64,000 bases of DNA from an uncultured Acidobacteriota bacterium (GTDB taxonomy: Bacteria > Acidobacteriota > Thermoanaerobaculia > UBA5066 > Gp7-AA6): positions 145,554-209,553 of the forward strand of contig CAVPRN010000001.1 in the NCBI GenBank assembly GCA_963707935.1. Reading direction: 5' to 3'. The notes below the pieces were generated by a model. It was not told the origin of the DNA. It was given only the letters and a program-made list of their open reading frames with translations, and ran no database searches. Shown piece by piece: positions 31,144-40,946 of the stretch. The position numbers and the translations under genes were made by a program. Position 1 is the first letter of the stretch, and every line of letters begins with the position of its first letter.

Positions 31144-33858
31144 TCAGCGCGCCGGGCGCGCCGTATTTCCGAGCGACATCAGCCAGAGCGACGAGCCGCC
31201 GTTTTGGCGGCAATAGTAGAGATATCGGCCGTCGGGCGAGATGGCCGGCTCCTCCAGAAAGAGGCCCGCTTCGGGAAAGCGCGTGACGGGCTCGAGCGGC
31301 CCGCCCTCGGCCGGCACCCGGCCGATGTTGCGATGGCTCGGCTGGATGTAGATCCACTTTCCGTCGGGCGAGTAGAACGGATGCCGCATCCGCTCGAACC
31401 CGGTCGTCAGCTGCTGCATCGGCCCCCCCGCGGCGGGCATGCGGAAGAGCTGCAGCACTCCGTCCTGGATCGCCACGATCGCGATCCATCGTCCGTCCGG
31501 CGACCAGACCGCGTCGAACTTGTCGCCCGGGGTATGGGTCACGACCGTTCGCGTCCGCGGCACGATGTCGAGCCGCGTGAGCTGCTGAGACCCGTCGGCG
31601 ACTACGTCGGCGATCAGGACCGAGCGCCCGTCCGGAGAGGGACGGACGCTGATCGCGCCCCGGCTGCTCCCTCGAAAGAGCTCCTCGGCGCGACTGCCGT
31701 CCGGGGCCGCGATCCAGGTCGCTTCCTGCCCGGTCATGTATCGAACGACCAGGATCTCCTGGCCCCCGGGGATCCACGCCGGCGACGCCTGCGCCGTGTC
31801 CTCGCCCGGCAGTTGAAGGCGCTGGCGACCCCGGGTCGCGAGGTCCAGGATCCAGACTTCGCGGTGCCCGAGCGTATCGCTGACGACGGCGACCCGCTTC
31901 CCGTCGGGGGACACGTCGGGATAACTGTCGATGATGCGTCCCGTCGAGAGGGGCTCCTCGGGGCCGGCCGGAGCCCCTCCCCCCGGTGCGAGCGGCAGCC
32001 GCGTCAGGTTGAGCGAGGATTCTTCCTCCGCCACGACGATGCGCGTCGCGTCGCGCGAGACGGCGAGGTCGTTGAGGTACGCCGTCGAAAGATTGACCAT
32101 CTGCGGTCCGTGCGCGGCCGGATGTCCGTCCGTCGAGAGCGGCGTGACTTCGATCCGCGTCCCTCCCTCGGGATCGCGTTCGAGGGACCAGATCCGGGGC
32201 GAAGCATCCCAGGCGTGGCTGAATCCCGGGAGGATCTCGCGGGGCTTTCCCCCCTGGGCGGGCATCAGAAAGATCCTTTCCAGCTGGCTCTCGAAACTGA
32301 TCCAGCGCCCGTCCGGCGAGCATCCGATCGTGACGATCTCCCACGTGGACTGCTCGCTCGGGAGAACGGCGCGAGGAGCGCCGCCCTGGGCCGGCACCTC
32401 CATGATGGCGCGGCGGTTCTCCGGGCCCGTCACGAAGAGAACCGCCCGACCGTCCGGACGCCAGGCGGGATAGTTCGCATCGGAGGCGAGCCGATGCGGT
32501 GCGCCGCCCAGCGACGGAACGACCCACAGGTCTCCTCCGTAGGTCCGGCTGTTGCGGGAGAGCGTCCCGCCGACTTTGATCAGGCCGGTCTTCGAAGCGC
32601 GCGTCGAAACGAAGGCGAGGGAGCCGCCGTCCGGTGAGAACGCCGGCTGAACGTCCTGACCCGGATCGTTCGTGACGTTGACGTCCTGCCCCCCTTCGCT
32701 GCGGCGAACGTAGATCTCGAAGTTGCCGCTGCGGTCCGAGGCGTAGGCGAGAAGACTTCCGTCGGGAGACCAGGTCGGCCACTGCGAGTGCGCGGTCGCG
32801 GGCGTGATCCGGACGAGCCGCGTGATCTGGGGAGCGCGCGGGGCGGCGCCGCGGGGCGTCAGAACCCACGTGGCGAGCGCGGCGAGCGCCGCCGAGCCGA
32901 AGGCGAGCGCGAGAATTCTCCACGGCGGCGCGCGTCGGGCGGGCGAGGCGGGCGCTTCCGAACGCGTCGTTTCCGTCGCCGCCGGCTCCGCGGCCGCCTC
33001 CTCGATCTCGATGCGCGCGTCGGCGATGTCGTGCAGGCGCTTCTCCGGGTCCTTCCGCAGGCAGCGACGCAGCAGGTCCCGGACGCGGGCCGGCGTCGCC
33101 GGCGGAAGGGCCGCCCAGTCCGGCTCGCGCGTCAGGACCGATACCATGATGTCGGACACCGTCTCCCCGTCGAAAGCCCGCCGCCCGGTCAGGCACTCGT
33201 ACAGGACGCACCCGAACGACCAGATGTCCGAGCGCCGGTCCACCGCCTTGCCGCGCGCCTGCTCCGGCGACATGTACGCCGCCGTGCCCAGGATGACGCC
33301 TCCCCTGGTACCGCCCGAGGTGACCGTCGGCGAATGCGATATGTCTCGCCCCGCGGCGCCTTCCGCCCCGAACGCCTTGGCGAGCCCGAAGTCGAGGACC
33401 TTGACCTTCCCGGCAGGCGTCACCTTGACGTTGGCGGGCTTGAGATCCCGATGGACGATCCCCTTCTCGTGCGCGGCTTCGAGCGCTTCGGCGATCTGCC
33501 GGCAGACGCCGAGGGCTTCCTCGGGCGGCAGGGGTCCCGCGGCGAGCCGCTCGGCGAGGGTCTCGCCGTCCACGAGCTCGAGGACGAGCAGCCGGGTCCC
33601 GTCAGAATCCTCGAGGCCGTAGATCGACGCGATGCCGGCGTGGTTCAGCGAGGCGAGCGTCTTGGCCTCGCGGTCGAATCGCGCCAGCCGCTCGGGATCG
33701 CGGGAAAATTCCTCGGGCAGCGCCTTGATGGCGACCTCGCGGCCGAGCTTCGCGTCGCGGGCCCGCCAGACCTGCCCCATGCCTCCGGCTCCCAGGGGAG
33801 AAAGGACCTCGTAGGGTCCGAACCGGCTGCCCGCGCCGAGCGCCATCCGATCCTCCAA
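31144..33858 (-). CDS. K1: Ser/Thr protein kinase - TM - TolB/PD40 beta-propeller receptor
   Basis: GAGGMGQVW, VAIKAL, HRDLKPANV, DFGLAK and YMSPEQ. TM helix ILALAFGSAALAALATWVL. The C-terminal half has repeated WSPDG/SPDG blades. Confidence 0.9.
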   Translation of the reverse strand: MEDRMALGAGSRFGPYEVLSPLGAGGMGQVWRARDAKLGREVAIKALPEEFSRDPERLARFDREAKTLASLNHAGIASIYGLEDSDGTRLLVLELVDGETLAERLAAGPLPPEEALGVCRQIAEALEAAHEKGIVHRDLKPANVKVTPAGKVKVLDFGLAKAFGAEGAAGRDISHSPTVTSGGTRGGVILGTAAYMSPEQARGKAVDRRSDIWSFGCVLYECLTGRRAFDGETVSDIMVSVLTREPDWAALPPATPARVRDLLRRCLRKDPEKRLHDIADARIEIEEAAAEPAATETTRSEAPASPARRAPPWRILALAFGSAALAALATWVLTPRGAAPRAPQITRLVRITPATAHSQWPTWSPDGSLLAYASDRSGNFEIYVRRSEGGQDVNVTNDPGQDVQPAFSPDGGSLAFVSTRASKTGLIKVGGTLSRNSRTYGGDLWVVPSLGGAPHRLASDANYPAWRPDGRAVLFVTGPENRRAIMEVPAQGGAPRAVLPSEQSTWEIVTIGCSPDGRWISFESQLERIFLMPAQGGKPREILPGFSHAWDASPRIWSLERDPEGGTRIEVTPLSTDGHPAAHGPQMVNLSTAYLNDLAVSRDATRIVVAEEESSLNLTRLPLAPGGGAPAGPEEPLSTGRIIDSYPDVSPDGKRVAVVSDTLGHREVWILDLATRGRQRLQLPGEDTAQASPAWIPGGQEILVVRYMTGQEATWIAAPDGSRAEELFRGSSRGAISVRPSPDGRSVLIADVVADGSQQLTRLDIVPRTRTVVTHTPGDKFDAVWSPDGRWIAIVAIQDGVLQLFRMPAAGGPMQQLTTGFERMRHPFYSPDGKWIYIQPSHRNIGRVPAEGGPLEPVTRFPEAGLFLEEPAISPDGRYLYYCRQNGGSSLWLMSLGNTARPAR

Positions 33859-33955
33859 TGAAAGCGACGACCGCTTCTAAGGTGTGTCCTCGATTCTATC
33901 GGTGAAGGGCTCCCCTTTCCGGCGCGCGCCCGCCGCCTGTAGTAACGTCCGTGCC

Positions 33956-34507
33956 ATGAAATCCGTTCGAATGGCTCTCGCGACCCTCGTCGCGGTGGGG
34001 GTGTGCCTCGCCCTCTCCTGCACCAACCTGCCGCCTCCGCAGTCCTCCTGGGACCACGAAGCGACCTTCTCGAATCTCAAGACGTTCGACTGGTACGCCG
34101 ACCCGGGCGAGGACAAGACGGTCGGAAGCGCGATCGTGGACACGCGGTTCGTGGAAGACCACGTGAAGAAGGACACGACGGCGGCGCTCCAGAAGAAGGG
34201 GTACCAGCCCGCCGCCGGCGGAAACGCCGACTTCTTCGTCGACTACCACACGCGGGCGGCCGGGATCATCTCGCGCGACAAGTACGGCGCTTACGCCTGG
34301 TGGGGGATGCCGGTCTACATGGGAAGCCAGAACTACCGGGAGGTCATCCTCGCGCTCGACGTGCGCGACCGGGACAAGAAGCTCATCTGGCGCGGCTGGG
34401 TGACGAAGATCGGGGGATCGAGCCCGGAGGAGATCGGCCGGCAGATTCAGAAGGCGATCGATCAGATCCTCGCCATGTTCCCGCCGGGCGCCAAAAGCGC
34501 AGGTTGA
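33956..34507 (+). CDS. DUF4136-family lipoprotein
   Basis: ATG at 33956. Lipobox LALSC. ATFSNLKTFDWY... and the overall length match DUF4136 as I recall it. Confidence 0.65.
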   Translation: MKSVRMALATLVAVGVCLALSCTNLPPPQSSWDHEATFSNLKTFDWYADPGEDKTVGSAIVDTRFVEDHVKKDTTAALQKKGYQPAAGGNADFFVDYHTRAAGIISRDKYGAYAWWGMPVYMGSQNYREVILALDVRDRDKKLIWRGWVTKIGGSSPEEIGRQIQKAIDQILAMFPPGAKSAG

Positions 34508-34519
34508 GGGCGGCGAGCG

Positions 34520-34912
34520 CTACACCTGCCCCGCCGCGAGCTTGTCCACGAGGACGAGCCCGGCCTCGCAGATCGCGAGCGGCCGCGTCTGCGCCCGCAC
34601 CTGCACGACGATCTTGATCGTCGGAACGCCGTCCCGGTCCGAGAAGAACCCGAAGAAGACGACCCAGTCGGACCCGTCGCGGATCTCCCGAAACTCGAAG
34701 CGCCTCCGGAACCGCTCCAGCACGTCGTTCGCCGCGGCGTCGTCCGTCGAATAGCGCTTCAAGGGCTTCCAGGCTCCCGGCCCGTCGGGAAGCCCCGCCC
34801 CTTTGGACACCAGCCCCTCCGGAGTCTCTCTCACGACCAATCCGAAGACCGTGCGCGCGACGAGCGTGTCCGTCTCGGAGCCGGGCTTCAAAGCGCCGAC
34901 GCGCTCGGGCAT
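34520..34912 (-). CDS. Hypothetical protein (phage ABA-sandwich-domain-like)
   Basis: 130 aa. TDTLVARTVFGL...WKPLKRYSTDDAAANDVLERF resembles the LD.LVAEKVMGW...YSTDIAAAWEVVEK pattern of ABA-sandwich proteins. Weak, from memory. Confidence 0.4.
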   Translation of the reverse strand: MPERVGALKPGSETDTLVARTVFGLVVRETPEGLVSKGAGLPDGPGAWKPLKRYSTDDAAANDVLERFRRRFEFREIRDGSDWVVFFGFFSDRDGVPTIKIVVQVRAQTRPLAICEAGLVLVDKLAAGQV

Positions 34913-34991
34913 CAGGAGGCCTTCCGGGGCATCGGTTCATTGTAGCGGCCGAGCCGGCGCGGTCACGGCCGGCGAAACGGACCGGTCGGGC

Positions 34992-37610
34992 CTACTTTCG
35001 CGCGGCGGCCTCGCCCGGCTTCCAGTTGAGAAGGACGCGGAAGAGCTCCGAGTCGAAGTCGCGGGTCGGCACGACCATGAGGAAGCGCTGGCCGTCGGCC
35101 GAAACGACGTACTGGCGCGACGGGTTGTTGAGCCTCAGAGAGGCCTGGAACAGGGGCTGCGGAGCGCCCGAGGAGAACGTCGATCCGGCCGAGACCGGGA
35201 CCGCCATGAGGCGTCCGTCGAGCGCCGCGTAGAAGATCTCCTTCCCGTCGCGGCTCCAGATGGGCTGCAGCCCGCCCCCGTTCGAGATCGCCCATTTCTC
35301 GTCGGTCATCGGAAAACGCCGCACGAAGATCTCGTACTGCCCTGGCTCCGACGAGCTGTAGGTGAACCAGCGCGCGTCGGGCGAGAAGCCGGGAGAGCGC
35401 TCCTCGTACTCCGACGCGAGGAGAGGCTGCGGCCGGCGATCCCCCGAAAGTGGGACCACACCGATGTCCGTGTGGCCCCTCGTCACCGTGTAGAGAAGGA
35501 GGCGGCCGTCGGCCGAGACATCGTACGGAGTCGCGAAGTTGTCCGCGACGAGCGTCTCCTCGCGGCCGTCCCGCAACGACTTGCGCCGAAGCTCGAAGGC
35601 TTTCCCCTCAAAGCGGAACAGGATGCTACCGCCGTCCGGACTCCAGACCGGCATCCACGCCGCCTCCGCAAAGGGTGTCGCCACATTACTCTCGAGGTCG
35701 AGCGTCCAGACGCTCTGGCTGCCGGTCTCCACCTGTCGCAGCGTCATCGCCGCCATGCGGTCGTCCCAGGAGAGGCCCACGTTCATGATCACGCCGGCCG
35801 GCCCGACGGACTTGACGGCCGCTCCCCGCCGGTCCATCCAGACGAGCTGCCGCTCGGCGCTCCCCGGCCGGAACACGACGATCCCGGTGCGCGAGACGGA
35901 AAAGAGGTCCCGATAGGCGGAGACGTCCGCGCGCATCACCGGACGAGTCACCGATTGCGGATCGCCGCGAAGCTCGGCCCGTACCGGATCGAAGCGCTGC
36001 GCCAGAAGCGCCTCGCCCCGGACAAACAGCAGGATGTCGGGGGGGAGAAACAGTCCCGCGGCCCCGTTTCGCAGGAGCAGCTTTCGGCCGGGCGCGCCGA
36101 GCGAAGCCAGGTAGATTCCGGTCGCCTCCGCCTTCTCCGCCTTCACGAAGAAGAGGAATCGGCGCCCCTCGAGGAGCATCTGCGGCCAGCGGTGGATGAC
36201 GTCTCCCGGCTCGAGCCGCGTCGCCGGCTCGGGCTGCCCTCCCGACGCCGCGATGCGGTAGATCGATCCGACGGACTTCTGGGTGAAGAGCAGGTCGCCC
36301 TTCGATCCCCAGCTTCCGCCGCGGCCGAGCTCGGCGTCGCAGAGGACGTCGATGGAGCCGGTCGAGAGCTCGATGCGCCGGAGCTTCCCTCGAGAGTAGA
36401 AGGCGAGAAAGCGTCCGTCGGGAGACCAGAAGGGAGACTCCGCGGTCTCGGTTCCCGAGAGAGCCCGGGCGTCGTCGGATCCGAGGTCCCGGATTCGGAG
36501 CATCGACTTCCCCTCCGCGATGCCAACGAAGGCGAGCCTCCGCCCGTCCGGCGAGATCTCGAAGGAGTCCGTGAGCACGGTCCGCTGCGGGGGAACGATC
36601 GACAGGAGCATGGGCTCGGAAGACGCGGCCGCCGGCGGGCGCGGCCGGCTCAAGAGCGCGGCGGCGGCGAGGAGTGTTGCGAGAGCCGCCACCGCCCAGG
36701 GCAGCCAAGGGAGGCGCCCGCGCGGCGGAGTCGAGGGCACGACGCCGGATTGCGACCCTTCCGTGACCCAGCGCAGCTCCCGCCTGACGTCCGCGGCGCT
36801 CTGCCAGCGCTCCTCCGGGTCCTTGGCGAGACAGGTCTTGACGATCCGATCGAACGCCGGAGGCGTCATCGGCGCGACCGCGGAGATCGGCGCCGGCTCC
36901 GTGTGGAGTATCGCCCCGATCAGAGACGCCTGGGTCGCCCCCGAGAAGGCCTTCTGCCCCGTCGCCATCTCGTAGAGCGTCGCGCCGAGCGCGAAGATGT
37001 CCGTTCGCGGGTCGGCCTCTTTTCCCTCGAGCTGCTCGGGCGCCATGTACTGGAACGTCCCGAGGATCGTGCCCTCCTGCGTCAGCCCCTGCTGCGTCGG
37101 AAGCGACGTCAGGCTCCCCCTCGCCTTCGGACCCTCGAACCCCTTCGCCAGACCGAAGTCCAGCAGCTTCACCCCCGACTTGGTCAGCATCACGTTGCCA
37201 GGCTTCAGGTCCCGGTGCACGATCCCCTGCCGGTGCGCCTTGTCCAGAGCGTCAGCGATCTGCTGCCCGTAGCGCAGGGTCTGGTCGAGCGGCAACGCTC
37301 CCTTCGCGAGACGCTCCGTCAGCGTCTCGCCTTCCAGGAGCTCCATGACGAGGTACTCGACATCGCCCTCGCGCCCGACGTCGTAGAGCGCGCAGATGTG
37401 CGGGTGCGAGAGCTGCGAGATCATCTTCGCCTCGCGCTCGAAACGCTGGCGGACCTCGGGAGAGGAGGACACACCCGACGGAAGAACCTTCACTGCAACC
37501 GTGCGGTCCAGCCGGGTGTCCCGGGCGCGGTAGACTTCCCCCATGCCTCCCGCTCCGAGCGGCGACTGGACCTCGTAAGGGCCGAGCTTCGTTCCAGCCG
37601 CGAGCGCCAT
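34992..37610 (-). CDS. K2: Ser/Thr protein kinase - TM - TolB/PD40 beta-propeller receptor
   Basis: GAGGMGEVY, VAVKVL, HRDLKPGNVMLT, DFGLAK, GTFQYMAPEQ. TM helix LPWAVAALATLLAAAALL. PD40-type blades. The ATG directly abuts the K3 stop. Confidence 0.92.
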   Translation of the reverse strand: MALAAGTKLGPYEVQSPLGAGGMGEVYRARDTRLDRTVAVKVLPSGVSSSPEVRQRFEREAKMISQLSHPHICALYDVGREGDVEYLVMELLEGETLTERLAKGALPLDQTLRYGQQIADALDKAHRQGIVHRDLKPGNVMLTKSGVKLLDFGLAKGFEGPKARGSLTSLPTQQGLTQEGTILGTFQYMAPEQLEGKEADPRTDIFALGATLYEMATGQKAFSGATQASLIGAILHTEPAPISAVAPMTPPAFDRIVKTCLAKDPEERWQSAADVRRELRWVTEGSQSGVVPSTPPRGRLPWLPWAVAALATLLAAAALLSRPRPPAAASSEPMLLSIVPPQRTVLTDSFEISPDGRRLAFVGIAEGKSMLRIRDLGSDDARALSGTETAESPFWSPDGRFLAFYSRGKLRRIELSTGSIDVLCDAELGRGGSWGSKGDLLFTQKSVGSIYRIAASGGQPEPATRLEPGDVIHRWPQMLLEGRRFLFFVKAEKAEATGIYLASLGAPGRKLLLRNGAAGLFLPPDILLFVRGEALLAQRFDPVRAELRGDPQSVTRPVMRADVSAYRDLFSVSRTGIVVFRPGSAERQLVWMDRRGAAVKSVGPAGVIMNVGLSWDDRMAAMTLRQVETGSQSVWTLDLESNVATPFAEAAWMPVWSPDGGSILFRFEGKAFELRRKSLRDGREETLVADNFATPYDVSADGRLLLYTVTRGHTDIGVVPLSGDRRPQPLLASEYEERSPGFSPDARWFTYSSSEPGQYEIFVRRFPMTDEKWAISNGGGLQPIWSRDGKEIFYAALDGRLMAVPVSAGSTFSSGAPQPLFQASLRLNNPSRQYVVSADGQRFLMVVPTRDFDSELFRVLLNWKPGEAAARK

Positions 37611-40277
37611 CTACTTCTTCAACTCCGCCGTCCAGTTCAGTACGACAGTCAGCGGCGGCGAGGTCACCTCGCCGACGTCGGTGTTGACGAGGAATCGTTG
37701 GCCGTCGGCGGAGACGTCGTAGCTGAACAGGTCGGCGGTGGCGACGTGCTCCCGCCGCCGGACCTGAAAGAGAGATCTCGCCACACTCGCTTCGAATGTC
37801 GAGCCTGTCTTCACGTCGACCGCCATCACCTTTCCATCGGGATCACGGTAAAAGAGCTCTTTTCCGTCCCGCCGCCACCTCGGCTCGGAACCTCCGGTGC
37901 TGGAGACCTTCCAGTTGCCGCCCGGCGCCGGAAACGGAGCGACAAAGACTTCCCACCTCCCCGACTCGTTCGAAGCGTACGCCACCCACCGCCCGTCCGG
38001 AGAGAACTGTCCCTGGTCCACGCCGAAGGCCCCCTTCAGATACGGTGTCGGCCTCCGGTCGCTGTCGACCGGCACCGCAAACAGCTCGAGGTTCGTCTTC
38101 GCGTCGAAGGCCCGATAGAGAATGAATCGCCCGTCCGGCGACCAGTCGGTCAGGTACTTGGATCTGTCCGATTCGTGGATCGCCTCCTCGCTCCCGGAGC
38201 CGCGCGAGCTCTTCTGAAAGGTGTCGGCATGCCCCCTGCGGAGCGACATGAAAGCGATCCGGCTTCCGTCGGGCGACCAGACCGCCTGGGCGTCGTATGC
38301 CGGATCGGACGTCAATCGCGTGGGGATGCCGCCGGCGGATTCGTAGATCCAGACGTCGTTGTTCCCCGTCTGAGGATCGTTGATGTCCACGGCGACCCTC
38401 TTCCCGTCGGGCGAGATGCGCGGGTTGGACTGGTCGGCCGGGGTACCGAGAGAGCCGATCGGCGCGCCGCCGCGGTCGAACCAGACGAGCTGCCCGACGC
38501 CCGCGGGCGATCGAGGCTGATAGAGGAGCACGCCGCTCTCGGACACCGCGAACAGCGTGTTGTAGTTCTGAGGAAAGTACTGGATCTGCTCGGTGACGGA
38601 CACACGATCACCCATGATCCGAGCTCTCTTCCAGTCGAAGGGTTGCGCGAGCAACGTCCTATCGCGAGCGAACAGGAGATATCCGGGAGGCGCGTAGGCC
38701 ACTCTCGAGTTGGCGCCTACGAGAAATGTCTCCTCTTTCGAATCGAGCGACCCGACGTAGACACCGATTTTCTCCTTCCGCCCGCCGAAACTTGCTACGA
38801 CATAGAGGAAGCGCCGGCCGTCCGGCAGGAAGGAAGGCCACCGATGAGAGGACTCGCCTCGCACCGGGTCGAAGCGCGTGAGCGCGGCCGGAGAACCGCC
38901 GGAGGCGGACACGCGGTAGAGCGGGCCATCGGCAGCGGGCGCGAAGACGATGATCCCCTCTCGACCCCAGGCCCCGCCTCGGTTTGCCGGCGCGTCGCAA
39001 AGCGTCTGGGCAGGTCCGCCCGAGGCGTCGATCTTCTTGAGCTTTCCGTCCGCGAAGAAGGCGATGGAGCGGCTGTCGGGCGACCAGAAGGGGAAGGAAG
39101 GATTCTCGGTGCCTGGAAGCTCCTGCACGGAAAGCGAATCCAACGGCCGGATCCAGAGCCGATTCTTGCCAGAAGTATCCCTCGCGACGACGACCAGCCG
39201 GCGGCCATCCGGTGAGATGGCGAGGCCCCGCACGGCGGTCTTGTCGGGCAGGACGATGGAGGATCGCATCGGACGCGACAGTTGCGCGGCCCGATCGGCA
39301 GAGCGCTTCGCTGTCACGACGGCCGCCAGGGCTGCGAGACACGCCACCGCCGCCAGGCCCCAGGCGAGCCGCCCGCCGGTTCGGCGGCCGGCAACGACGG
39401 GCGCCGCCATCCCGGCTTGCGCGCCTTCGCCGATCCAGCGCAGCTCCCGTTTCAGATCGCTCGCGGACTGCCATCGCTCCTCGGGGTCCTTGGCGAGGCA
39501 GGTCTTCACGACACGGTCGAGTGCGGGCGGCGCGGTGGCTCGCACGGTTGAGATCGGCGCCGGCTCGCTCGACATGATCGCCGTGATCAAGGATGCCTGG
39601 CTCGACGCCGAGAAGGCCTTCCTGCCCGTCGCCATCTCGTAGAGCGTCGCGCCGAACGCGAAGATGTCCGTCCGCGGGTCGGCCTCCTTCCCCTCCAGCT
39701 GCTCGGGCGCCATGTACTGGAACGTTCCCAGGATCGTGCCCTCCTGCGTCAAGCCCTGCTGTGTCGGCAGGGCCGTTAGGCTCGACGGCGGCGCGGCCGG
39801 CGCCACCGCCTTGGCCAGCCCGAAGTCCAGCAGCTTCACGCCGGACTTCGTCAGCATCACGTTGCCGGGCTTCAGGTCCCGGTGCACGATCCCCTGCCGG
39901 TGCGCTTTGTCCAGGGCGTCTGCGATCTCGACCCCGCACCGCAGTGTCTGCTCGAGCGGCAACGCTCCCGTGCCCAGACGCTCCGTGAGGGTCTCCCCTT
40001 CCAGGTACTCCATGACCAGGTAGTCGGTCTCGCCTTCACGCCCCACGTCGTAGAGCGCGCAGATGTGAGGATGCGAGAGCTGCGAGATCGTCCGCGCCTC
40101 CCGCTCGAACCGCTGACGGACCTCGGGAGTCGAGGCCATCCCCGACGGAAGCACCTTGATCGCCACCGTGCGATCGAGCCGAGTGTCCCGCGCCCGGTAC
40201 ACCTCGCCCATCCCTCCCGCGCCCAGGGGCGACAGGATCTCGTAGGGGCCGAGACGCGAGCCGGTGGCGAGCGTCAT
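37611..40277 (-). CDS. K3: Ser/Thr protein kinase - TM - TolB/PD40 beta-propeller receptor
   Basis: Same kinase motifs as K2. TM helix AWGLAAVACLAALAAVV. Blades with SPDG+/WSPDG. Ends ...VVLNWTAELKK. Confidence 0.92.
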   Translation of the reverse strand: MTLATGSRLGPYEILSPLGAGGMGEVYRARDTRLDRTVAIKVLPSGMASTPEVRQRFEREARTISQLSHPHICALYDVGREGETDYLVMEYLEGETLTERLGTGALPLEQTLRCGVEIADALDKAHRQGIVHRDLKPGNVMLTKSGVKLLDFGLAKAVAPAAPPSSLTALPTQQGLTQEGTILGTFQYMAPEQLEGKEADPRTDIFAFGATLYEMATGRKAFSASSQASLITAIMSSEPAPISTVRATAPPALDRVVKTCLAKDPEERWQSASDLKRELRWIGEGAQAGMAAPVVAGRRTGGRLAWGLAAVACLAALAAVVTAKRSADRAAQLSRPMRSSIVLPDKTAVRGLAISPDGRRLVVVARDTSGKNRLWIRPLDSLSVQELPGTENPSFPFWSPDSRSIAFFADGKLKKIDASGGPAQTLCDAPANRGGAWGREGIIVFAPAADGPLYRVSASGGSPAALTRFDPVRGESSHRWPSFLPDGRRFLYVVASFGGRKEKIGVYVGSLDSKEETFLVGANSRVAYAPPGYLLFARDRTLLAQPFDWKRARIMGDRVSVTEQIQYFPQNYNTLFAVSESGVLLYQPRSPAGVGQLVWFDRGGAPIGSLGTPADQSNPRISPDGKRVAVDINDPQTGNNDVWIYESAGGIPTRLTSDPAYDAQAVWSPDGSRIAFMSLRRGHADTFQKSSRGSGSEEAIHESDRSKYLTDWSPDGRFILYRAFDAKTNLELFAVPVDSDRRPTPYLKGAFGVDQGQFSPDGRWVAYASNESGRWEVFVAPFPAPGGNWKVSSTGGSEPRWRRDGKELFYRDPDGKVMAVDVKTGSTFEASVARSLFQVRRREHVATADLFSYDVSADGQRFLVNTDVGEVTSPPLTVVLNWTAELKK

Positions 40278-40284
40278 CGGCGTT

Positions 40285-40710
40285 TCACAACGGATCGTGA
40301 ATTCGCAGACCGGGAAAGACGACGAATCCCTTGTCGTGAGTCCAGATTTCGGCTGCCCCGTTGTCGAAGGCGGTCAACGCAATTTGAAGATCGAAGATCC
40401 TCGTCCCCTGGACGCCGAGCTGTCCCGCAACCTGGACGAGGCGGCCGGCAAAGCCGTCACCGGGCCCCCAGACGTGACCCCCGGCCTGCCACAGGGCGCG
40501 GAGGAATTTTCCCGCCTGTTCCGCCGTCGAGGGTCCTCCCACCGAGGCCGGATGCGTTACGACGCTCCAGAACTCGGCCACACTCGGCTGCGTGATTCCC
40601 CAGCCGCGCTCGTCCCGGCTGGCGAGCTCGATCGCCTGCCTGGCGGGGCGGTGTTCCGCGAGCCCCGAGCGGTGAGCGTAGACGAGCAGGTTCGTGTCGA
40701 TCGCGATCAT
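40285..40710 (-). CDS. vapC: PIN-domain toxin (VapC)
   Basis: 141 aa. Has IAIDTNLLVYA (Asp), VAEFWSV (Glu) and IFDLQIALTA...WTHDKGF (Asp residues). 4-nt overlap with the upstream antitoxin. Confidence 0.9.
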   Translation of the reverse strand: MIAIDTNLLVYAHRSGLAEHRPARQAIELASRDERGWGITQPSVAEFWSVVTHPASVGGPSTAEQAGKFLRALWQAGGHVWGPGDGFAGRLVQVAGQLGVQGTRIFDLQIALTAFDNGAAEIWTHDKGFVVFPGLRIHDPL

Positions 40711-40946
40711 CGGTGTCCGGCGAGCCAGTCGTGCATGGCCGCCCGATCGGATATGTCGAGCCCCTGCGGCAGACCTCCCTGCGCCGTGACCCAGTGGATC
40801 GGCCTCCGGCGCACGCGGCCTCCGCCGCGAGACAGCTCCCGGCGCAGGCTCCGCTCGAAGATCTGACGCAGAGTCTCGCGTGATTCCGCGGCCTTCTTCT
40901 TCGCGGCGATCAGAAGATCATCCGGCAGGTCGATCGTCGTCTTCAT
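40707..40946 (-). CDS. vapB: VapB-type antitoxin
   Basis: ATG at 40946 (MKTTIDLPDDLLIAAKKKAAESRETLRQIFERSL...). 79 aa. Typical VapB N-terminus. ATGA overlap with vapC. Confidence 0.8.
   Translation of the reverse strand: MKTTIDLPDDLLIAAKKKAAESRETLRQIFERSLRRELSRGGGRVRRRPIHWVTAQGGLPQGLDISDRAAMHDWLAGHR

Noticed and set aside
29387-33211. Upstream 1275 codons of the 1765-aa ORF 27914..33211, and the upstream part (27873..28967) of ORF 24504..28967
   Set aside because: Only the C-terminal parts are real (PepP from the ATG at 29386, the BNR protein from the GTG at 27872). The extensions run antisense or out of frame through the radical SAM gene, K1 and pepP, and are Arg-rich nonsense.
34803-39215. 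1470-aa + strand ORF (the longest in the track apart from the extensions noted below)
   Set aside because: It is antisense to kinases K2 and K3. Its composition is dominated by R/G/P/E/D and it has no recognisable motifs.
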